Positions 34,242-40,740 of a DNA stretch of 40,740 bases are shown in pieces. Position 1 is the first letter of the stretch. Every line of letters begins with the position of its first letter. The stretch lies in NCBI GenBank assembly GCA_050253415.1, contig JBFWJC010000009.1, forward strand, positions 1 to 40,740. The letters are read 5' to 3'. The notes below the pieces were generated by a model. The model worked only from the letters and a program-made list of their open reading frames with translations, did no database searches and had not been told where the DNA came from. The translations under genes and the position numbers were made by a program. Source of the DNA: Pedobacter sp. Lineage in GTDB: Bacteria > Desulfobacterota > Desulfuromonadia > Desulfuromonadales > Syntrophotaleaceae.

Positions 34242-36421
34242 GCGGCCACCTTGTCCATATCATCCATTAAATCCAACCAGACGTTATCATTTGTCATCAG
34301 GCCTTCGCCCGTCGTGTAGCGGGCTTTCATTTCGTCGTAAGCTTTTTTGAAGTCGGTGGTGATATTTGGATCATCTTCTTTTTCAGGCATCGGCATACGG
34401 ATTTTGTATAGGTTGCCACCTTCGATTAGCGCAAATGCCTGACCTTTTGGCAGCGAAATCACATTATTCGTACTGATCATTTCGACTTCGCGAGTCGAAA
34501 TACGGTCTTCATTCTTCGAGGTGAAGTCGACGCCACTGCCCGGATTCGAGCTGTCATTCGAACCGGACACTTGCATCAGTTCTGTTACACGGACTTTTGG
34601 CAGCTGTAGCGTTAAAACTTCAGCCGTTTTCGGCTCTTTAACGCGCAACATAATGAGGTTATTAAAGTTCCCCTGAATTTGTCCAGACTTCGCAGTCGAA
34701 CCAATTCTGGCCTCAATATCAGATACCGTTTGGGTGTAAGCGGTGATCTGGAAACCAGAACCACCCGCCTTGTTGACCATCGGGATAAACTGGTCACCTA
34801 CCAATTCATTAAATTCATCAGCATGAAGGGAGATTTTCAACTTTCCGGATTTGTAACGTTCAACCAGTTCCGGAGGCAACCCGAAGTCAATACCGTGCTT
34901 ATAGATGAACCCGGACACGGATGTTAAGTCCGCAAACATCGAGGCACCGACAGCACTGGCAATCGTGGTATCCGATAACGCATCCAGCCCAACATAAACT
35001 ACGGCCTCTTGTCTGATGACCGACATCCAATCAAAGATAGGCCGGTGGTCGGTCAGATCATCGTAATTCGGAGCAATCAAGTCGGCGACACGGCCGGTCG
35101 TCAGCTTCTCAAGAAGAGGGCCGAGAGACGATACGATCTTATCGAAATAGGAGCGGTCATATTTAAACGCAGACAGAAGTCCGTCAAGCACCGGGTCATA
35201 AAATTCCAGTTGCTCGACCGTCTTCAATAAAGCGATCGCTTCCGGGTTTCGGTCTTTGAGCGCGAACGGTAATGTTTTAGGATCCAGATTGTCCCGGATC
35301 TGGTTCATGGTCTTATCCCAACCTTCGGGGCCATTCCGGGACAAGACATCGCGGCCATATTCCATCAGCAATGGTTCGATGTTGTTGATGAATCGACGAA
35401 TGCGCTGGTAATGCGGGCGATTTCCGAGAGCGACCTCAGCCTGGATCACTATATTGGCAAAACGCCAACCGAACTCTTTAAACGCGGCGCTATTGCCTTC
35501 GGATGGCAACGCATCCGTTAGGCGTCCCGCCGGTTCGGTAATTTTTGAGAAATTGCCAACTCCGTTATAACGAGCACTTATTTCAGGGAACCCAAGATTA
35601 AAATTAAAGAACGGTCGTCCGGAACGCTCAGCTTCCATTTTGCATCGCATCATTAAGTCGGCATCGCCTTTTGGATCAAACACGATGGTTACATCGCCAC
35701 GGCGAATATCTTGTGTAATCAGTATCTCAGCCAACCGTGTCTTACCGACACGAGTTGTACCCATGACAAGTGTATGGCCTACACGCTCACCAAGTGGCAG
35801 GACAACAGGTGATTCACCTTCGAGCATACCGACAGCGTGGATGGCGGGTTTACCGCCAACGGGCGGCAATGGTGCAAGAATGCTTCGAAACCAAAAGGCA
35901 AGCCAGAGGTTTTTACCTTTTTTCTGAAGCTGTTTAAGCGGTTTGGAGTTATTCCCCAACCAAGCCACAGGCTTCACGAATAGTGCCTGATAAGGCCCAC
36001 TGTAATAAACCTCTTCCATAATTCGGCCAACGCGATACCCAATACCCGGTTCCAGGAATTTTTCATTCACCGGGTCCAGTGCATCTTCGAGGCGCTGTGT
36101 ATGTTTTTGAGTCCATTTAAACCCCATGCCTAGGAAAAGGTGTCGGTTAGACACCGGGATTTGGCGAGGCTTTAAACCGTAGTAGGGGAGCTTCACTAAG
36201 TTGCGGTGATATTGATAGATTGTGTAGCCCTGAAGAAATCGGCGCATCCCGATTAAAAGTAAAATAGCCGCTGAAACATAGGCCACACCCGGCGTCATCA
36301 TAATGACGCCGGGCATGTAAACTGAAATAACCGCAAGCGTCCATGCGGTCCACGCCGAATAAAGTTCGACTGGCGGGCGAAGCAGTGCTTCAATGGGGCA
36401 TTTGGGGCGACCTAACAACAT
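34238..36421 (-). CDS. traD: Type IV coupling protein TraD
   Basis: IEALLRPPVEL, Walker A GTTRVGKT, DPKGD, HADEFNE, AYTQT. Confidence 0.95.
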   Translation of the reverse strand: MLLGRPKCPIEALLRPPVELYSAWTAWTLAVISVYMPGVIMMTPGVAYVSAAILLLIGMRRFLQGYTIYQYHRNLVKLPYYGLKPRQIPVSNRHLFLGMGFKWTQKHTQRLEDALDPVNEKFLEPGIGYRVGRIMEEVYYSGPYQALFVKPVAWLGNNSKPLKQLQKKGKNLWLAFWFRSILAPLPPVGGKPAIHAVGMLEGESPVVLPLGERVGHTLVMGTTRVGKTRLAEILITQDIRRGDVTIVFDPKGDADLMMRCKMEAERSGRPFFNFNLGFPEISARYNGVGNFSKITEPAGRLTDALPSEGNSAAFKEFGWRFANIVIQAEVALGNRPHYQRIRRFINNIEPLLMEYGRDVLSRNGPEGWDKTMNQIRDNLDPKTLPFALKDRNPEAIALLKTVEQLEFYDPVLDGLLSAFKYDRSYFDKIVSSLGPLLEKLTTGRVADLIAPNYDDLTDHRPIFDWMSVIRQEAVVYVGLDALSDTTIASAVGASMFADLTSVSGFIYKHGIDFGLPPELVERYKSGKLKISLHADEFNELVGDQFIPMVNKAGGSGFQITAYTQTVSDIEARIGSTAKSGQIQGNFNNLIMLRVKEPKTAEVLTLQLPKVRVTELMQVSGSNDSSNPGSGVDFTSKNEDRISTREVEMISTNNVISLPKGQAFALIEGGNLYKIRMPMPEKEDDPNITTDFKKAYDEMKARYTTGEGLMTNDNVWLDLMDDMDKVAA

Positions 36422-36930
36422 TATTGAATGACCCAACCGTCATAGATCAATGCTGGATAGGATGTTACCTTAAAGTCACGAGCGATTTGTTCACCACTCA
36501 CCGGCTGAACCAGCACTCTACCGGCCACCTGCTTAATACGTTTGATTTGTTCTAGATTGTCTGCAGACATGATAAAACACACGGCATCAAAACGTTCCAG
36601 GGCGGATCGATTCTGTTCCAGCCAAGCCAACGAATAGTCGTCGTACCCCACAAGACAGAGCGGTTGGGTTACACGATTTGCGGTGGCCGACCGAAAACGC
36701 CCAAGATGGCCAGGCCGAATACTCGAACGAATTGGCAATGACCGGGCCACCATGTCCGCGTAAGAGAGAGCCGTAATTTTGGGAGGGACCGGCTTGTTTT
36801 GATTTTCGCCAAGCGGCGACACGAACGGAACCGTCGGTCCTAGCACTGCCCATGTTGGTGGTGCAGCGGCTACTGATCCAAACCATGCGAATAAAACCAG
36901 GTACATCAAAATTCTCATAACAGTCCTCAT
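36421..36930 (-). CDS. PFL_4695 / TIGR03765 (DUF2859) family
   Basis: LPIRS..PG, PLCLVG.D..S..WL, YPALI. Confidence 0.85.
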   Translation of the reverse strand: MRTVMRILMYLVLFAWFGSVAAAPPTWAVLGPTVPFVSPLGENQNKPVPPKITALSYADMVARSLPIRSSIRPGHLGRFRSATANRVTQPLCLVGYDDYSLAWLEQNRSALERFDAVCFIMSADNLEQIKRIKQVAGRVLVQPVSGEQIARDFKVTSYPALIYDGWVIQ

Positions 36931-37436
36931 TCCAATCCCTTAAGGCGTCCGACCACTTTTATCGCGTAGTCGTTTGCCGCCTTACGGCACCAGGCGACTT
37001 CGCCTGGACAATGATATTTTCCGATGGCATCAAAAAGACTATGTCTTCGAAGCAGTCCTTTCATAATGCCTGCCGCAACCTTTAAGTTTGTTTTCGGGTC
37101 AAATGCATCATCAATCGATTCGAATTTGTCTCCATGCCACTTAAGTGAAACTTGCATCAAGCCCACATCGACATTTTTAATCCCGGATTTTCGAGCGTAC
37201 ACAGCCGCTCGAATGGCTTCTTGTTTGGTATTGAACCAATAACTCTTACCGGCGATATTGACGGCCCAAGGCCAAGGTCGGTCATAACCGACAGGTGAGG
37301 ATTCGTGGAGGGACATGCCATACAAAACGATTGGCTTCACGCCGCTGGCCAGACCAATTTCATCGAACAATGAAATTGGTTTCGACCAGGCCTGGCCAGA
37401 AATCAAAATGACTATCAAACTAATCGTTCGGATCAT
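36927..37436 (-). CDS. Lytic transglycosylase (SLT)
   Basis: HES catalytic, PWPWAVN, DVGLMQV, AIGKYH. Confidence 0.92.
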   Translation of the reverse strand: MIRTISLIVILISGQAWSKPISLFDEIGLASGVKPIVLYGMSLHESSPVGYDRPWPWAVNIAGKSYWFNTKQEAIRAAVYARKSGIKNVDVGLMQVSLKWHGDKFESIDDAFDPKTNLKVAAGIMKGLLRRHSLFDAIGKYHCPGEVAWCRKAANDYAIKVVGRLKGLE

Positions 37437-38187
37437 GGTTTTCCAGAGGACCGTTGCCTCGTGAAATAAATGAAATCGGGACGACCAGGTTATGCTTTTT
37501 CACAAAGCCCTGGTCTTTGTTCAGGGTGATTTTCCCTTCAATCAGCTCATCTTTTGGCACATGCTTTTCTGCATACTTTTGAATGTCTTCAACAGTCGTT
37601 TTATTACCGACAAAGAAAACATCCAGTTTCATGCCATATAGACGAACTTGACGAATCAGTTTTCGTAGTTGGCTATCGCATTCATCGCAATCGAGTTTGG
37701 TGAAAAACTGGAGCCGATCATCAGTTGTGTAATCCTTGCCACGCAAAGCATTCATCTTGTTTGGATCCAAAATGGGCTTGTTGGCGTACATAACGCGATT
37801 CACTTCATTAACCGCGTGCTGCCAGGCAATGGTATTGCCAACGTACAAATCATGTTTTTTCGCAAACAGGGAGGCATACTTCCGGCGGTCGACGGGGTTG
37901 CTAGAAAAAATCCCTAGCATTTCCGGCGGTGTGGATGGCACGGCAGTCTTGCCCAGCTTTACCGCAATGGGTTTAATCTTTTCGTAAAGCGCCCATTCTT
38001 CATCAGTCAATCCCCAAAACTTCTGCTCAAATCGACTTTTTTCAAGCTCAGAAACTTCCAGGCCTGTTTCATCACTTTTAATGATTTCAGACTTTGATTC
38101 AGGCTGATTGGCATTGGCCACGGCATAGACACTTGGCGATACCGCCAAGATAGACACGGCAATAAAAACATAGCTTAAATACTTCAT
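37420..38187 (-). CDS. PFL_4693 / TIGR03759 family
   Basis: WGLT..EW..Y, LGI, RRKYA, C..C, ITLNKD.G. Confidence 0.85.
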   Translation of the reverse strand: MKYLSYVFIAVSILAVSPSVYAVANANQPESKSEIIKSDETGLEVSELEKSRFEQKFWGLTDEEWALYEKIKPIAVKLGKTAVPSTPPEMLGIFSSNPVDRRKYASLFAKKHDLYVGNTIAWQHAVNEVNRVMYANKPILDPNKMNALRGKDYTTDDRLQFFTKLDCDECDSQLRKLIRQVRLYGMKLDVFFVGNKTTVEDIQKYAEKHVPKDELIEGKITLNKDQGFVKKHNLVVPISFISRGNGPLENHDPND

Positions 38188-38196
38188 TGACTGCTC

Positions 38197-39171
38197 CTAT
38201 TCCCCGGATTTACGTTCAACCACTTGGCCGGTTTCGATGTTTTTATAAGTCACTTTTTCAATGTTTGATTTAATGTCCACGACCTTCCAGCCATCGACAT
38301 CGTCACCTGCGTACACCATTTTCAGTTTGCCCTTTGGGTATTCAACGTAAACGGTGTCACGTCCATTCCAAAGAGCGAATGAAAGTGGGGTAGGCGGTTG
38401 AGGCTTAGACAGCTGCGACTTCAACTTGGTTTTTGTTTGCTTACGCTGGATCAGTTTTGTCAGCTTGGCTACCTTGCTGTGCATCGACGCAATTTGTCGA
38501 TCGAGGTGAACCCGTTCGCTGGCCGATTCTTTAATCTGCTGGTCAAGCTTCAGAATCGCGCTGTGCAGAATATCAGTCATTTCTCGTTGCTCTTTTTCAA
38601 GCAGATCAATGCGGTTACTCAGTTCTTGATCACCGATGTATTTCGGTTCAGGTTTATCGCTTGAAGGAGCCGGTTCAGGCCGCTGTTCAGCTTCAGGAGT
38701 GCTCGATGAAGCTGCCTCACCGGTGCCGACATCTTTTAACAGATTGTTGTGTTCGGGTTGGGGTACATCAACTGTGGCCGATACGGGTACTGGCGAAACT
38801 GGCGGGGTGGCAGGAGCCGGAACCTTTGCTTTGTTCGGCACTGGAGGCACCTGAATACCTTGAGCAACTTGTAATGGATTAACGGGATTAACTCCCGATT
38901 TTTGGTCATCTGATGACAAATCAACCGCCGCCTGTTCATTCAAGAGGCTGTTGACATAAGAGGCCAACAGCAAGCCGCCGCCAGCCACAGACACCATTAA
39001 CAAGAAGATGATGACAAGTAATTTATTATTTTTCTTCTTTTTCTTTGATGGCTTTTCATCATTGTCTTCATCAGGAAGCGGCGGCAAGTTTTCTGCATCA
39101 TTCTTAGTTTCAGGCACATGGTCCACTGCAGTGTTCGTGTCATGTTCGGTGGTTTCCGTAGAATTACTCAT
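38197..39171 (-). CDS. Membrane-anchored Pro-rich/coiled-coil transfer protein
   Basis: Single TM after Lys run, Pro-rich linker, coiled coil, C-terminal GD..DGW; first gene of traD operon. Confidence 0.7.
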   Translation of the reverse strand: MSNSTETTEHDTNTAVDHVPETKNDAENLPPLPDEDNDEKPSKKKKKNNKLLVIIFLLMVSVAGGGLLLASYVNSLLNEQAAVDLSSDDQKSGVNPVNPLQVAQGIQVPPVPNKAKVPAPATPPVSPVPVSATVDVPQPEHNNLLKDVGTGEAASSSTPEAEQRPEPAPSSDKPEPKYIGDQELSNRIDLLEKEQREMTDILHSAILKLDQQIKESASERVHLDRQIASMHSKVAKLTKLIQRKQTKTKLKSQLSKPQPPTPLSFALWNGRDTVYVEYPKGKLKMVYAGDDVDGWKVVDIKSNIEKVTYKNIETGQVVERKSGE

Positions 39172-39235
39172 TACAATACCCGTTTGATTTTTACGTATGC
39201 ATATCATGCCAAAGAGGGCATAGCGAAAAGGGCAG

Positions 39236-39262
39236 TAGGAATGACAAGTCAGTGCGATTTGA
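39236..39262 (-). promoter_or_regulatory. Conserved 27-bp putative transfer-activator box, copy 5
   Basis: TAGGAATGACAAGTCAGTGCGATTTGA; TGG-CATGAT 27 bp downstream on minus strand. Confidence 0.8.
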
Positions 39263-39291
39263 CTTTTTTATAAGAAATTGAGGAACTCAGC

Positions 39292-40401
39292 TTGAAAAAT
39301 CCGGAACTAAAAACAGCTTTAATTCGATACATGAAAACGATATCGATACTCAAGAAAGGCTATGAACAAGAACGATATCGTATTCAATCACTATGCCAGG
39401 CCTGGCTTGGAAAAATGCGGGTCCGTTCAATACGATCGCATCATATCGCACAATACAGAGACGAACGGTTACAACAGGAAAATCCAAAGACGGGTCGTTC
39501 GATTTCGCCATCGACCGTAAGGCTCGAAATGTCCCTTCTCTCAAATTTTTTTGAGATTGCACGAATTGAGTGGGGAATCGTCGGAGAAAACCCGGTCAAA
39601 AATGTACGAAAACCAAAGCCTTCACCGGGGCGAACTCGCAGACTCAACCCGCGTGAAGAAAGCCAGATTATTCGATACTGTGAAAGGCACGATAATCAAG
39701 AACTGCTATCCATTTTTGAATTTGCACTGGAGTCGGCCATGCGTCAGGGTGAAATATTGTCGTTACGCTGGGAGCACATCAATTTAACCAGGCGGATTGC
39801 CCATCTGCCAACAACGAAAAACGGTACATCGCGTGATGTACCGCTTTCCGTAAAGGCTAAAGAATCACTACTTAGAATGGGTGCGAAGGGAACCGGCAGA
39901 ATATTTTCATATTCAAACTCCGGTATCAAAACCGCCTGGCGGGTTATGATGCATCGATTAACGATCGAGGATTTGAAATTTCACGATCTGCGTCACGAAG
40001 CGATATCGCGACTATTTGAAAAAAGCAGCCTGGACATTATGGAAATTGCGGCCATCTCTGGCCACAAATCCTTGGCCATGCTCAAACGCTATACCCATCT
40101 CAAAGCCCACAAATTGGTAAAAAAGCTTGATGGCAACAAGAACAAAGGCCGACAATACATGATGGATCAGCTCAATCCGTACCCGGCCTACATTGAAGAC
40201 ACACAGAATGCTGTTAGAATAACCGTCCCTGATCTCGATGTCTGCGTTTCGGATCCGGAACGTACAGCTGCAATAAATCGATCACAAGACCTTGTGTTGA
40301 GATTACTTGTATCAAGAATCAAGGCTCAGGAAAAGATCCCTCAGCCCGGACAATATTTATCGAGCTTCAACGGTGAGTTGATTTCAATAGAACCACTCTA
40401 A
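39292..40401 (+). CDS. rci: Shufflon-specific tyrosine recombinase Rci
   Basis: KKG..QE.YR, YRD.RL...NP.TG, TVRLE, AMRQGEIL, TKNG, FHDLRHEAISR, SGH, KRYTHL, plus the Rci-type C-terminal extension (PYPA...P.PG...I.PL); adjacent sfx sites. Confidence 0.92.
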   Translation: MKNPELKTALIRYMKTISILKKGYEQERYRIQSLCQAWLGKMRVRSIRSHHIAQYRDERLQQENPKTGRSISPSTVRLEMSLLSNFFEIARIEWGIVGENPVKNVRKPKPSPGRTRRLNPREESQIIRYCERHDNQELLSIFEFALESAMRQGEILSLRWEHINLTRRIAHLPTTKNGTSRDVPLSVKAKESLLRMGAKGTGRIFSYSNSGIKTAWRVMMHRLTIEDLKFHDLRHEAISRLFEKSSLDIMEIAAISGHKSLAMLKRYTHLKAHKLVKKLDGNKNKGRQYMMDQLNPYPAYIEDTQNAVRITVPDLDVCVSDPERTAAINRSQDLVLRLLVSRIKAQEKIPQPGQYLSSFNGELISIEPL

Positions 40402-40428
40402 AGACCGTACTTTCAATTAAGTATGTGA

Positions 40429-40447
40429 TTGCCAATCCGGTATGTGG
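40429..40447 (+). repeat. sfx-like shufflon recombination site 1
   Basis: TTGCCAATCCGGTATGTGG, close to R64 sfx GTGCCAATCCGGTNNGTGG. Confidence 0.9.
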
Positions 40448-40609
40448 AAACCCACTGGCAAAGAACCCAGCCTTGGGCCAAGACAATACATGCAAGTAAA
40501 AAAATATGGCGCTGCCTATGCGCCCGATGGCTGTGTGATAACAGGTACCTATTTTTGGATTGATGGCGATGATTCAATTGAAGGAGCCTATTACCAATGC
40601 TTTGAATGA
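40430..40609 (+). other. Silent PilV C-terminal adhesin cassette 1 (59 aa)
   Basis: Open frame from sfx: CQSGMWKPTGKEPSLGPRQYMQVKKYGAAYAPDGCVITGTYFWIDGDDSIEGAYYQCFE*. Confidence 0.85.
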
Positions 40610-40614
40610 CCACC

Positions 40615-40633
40615 TTGCCAATCCGGTACGTGG
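40615..40633 (+). repeat. sfx-like shufflon recombination site 2
   Basis: TTGCCAATCCGGTACGTGG, 18/19 identical to site 1, same orientation. Confidence 0.9.
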
Positions 40634-40740
40634 CAAGCACAAGCTAATTCAACAGATTCAGGTACGATTTGCGGAGTTGGCTTTGCATGGGGAGCCGCCT
40701 TATGTCTAGGGCATAACCCTGCCTATTCATGTCCCAGTGG
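40616..40740 (+). other. Silent PilV C-terminal adhesin cassette 2 (truncated by window)
   Basis: Open frame from sfx: CQSGTWQAQANSTDSGTICGVGFAWGAALCLGHNPAYSCPS... Confidence 0.8.

Noticed and set aside
6087..39262. Repeats as CRISPR array or IS ends
   Set aside because: Copies are kilobases apart, oriented with operons, with no spacers, cas genes or TSDs
39292..40401. Tyrosine recombinase as the ICE integrase with an att site
   Set aside because: Rci-type sequence features and adjacent sfx sites; no tRNA or att-like repeat nearby
40707..40725. TAGGGCATAACCCTGCCTA resembling an IncP KorC operator
   Set aside because: Imperfect dyad lying inside the coding frame of shufflon cassette 2

Overview
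The window is an internal segment of a large conjugative element (ICE or plasmid) of the PFGI-1/pKLC102/SPI-7 type (MPF-G T4SS, MOBH relaxase), most likely from a gammaproteobacterium. Left to right it contains: the end of an IS1016-like IS1595 element; a BcgI-like type IIB restriction-modification pair; the MobH relaxase with two unknown upstream ORFs; an orphan umuC; a NYN nuclease preceded by a promoter and structured RNA; a hairpin/DnaA-box cluster (candidate oriT/oriV); an AT-rich accessory region (small membrane-protein operons behind two homologous structured leaders, resolvase plus res-like site, DUF5131 radical SAM plus TcmP, DUF2726, PD-(D/E)XK protein); a long minus-strand T4SS cluster interrupted by a 3.6-kb ISL3 passenger transposon (26-bp IRs, 8-bp TSD) and containing an EAL phosphodiesterase; and an Rci shufflon recombinase followed by two sfx sites with tandem, unannotated PilV C-terminal cassettes. 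A 27-bp box (TAGGAATGACAA-N5-TGYGATTTG) occurs five times upstream of operons and probably defines the transfer-activator regulon. Family assignments are from motif recognition and synteny only; no database search was run. No integrase, att site, tRNA or CRISPR array was seen.
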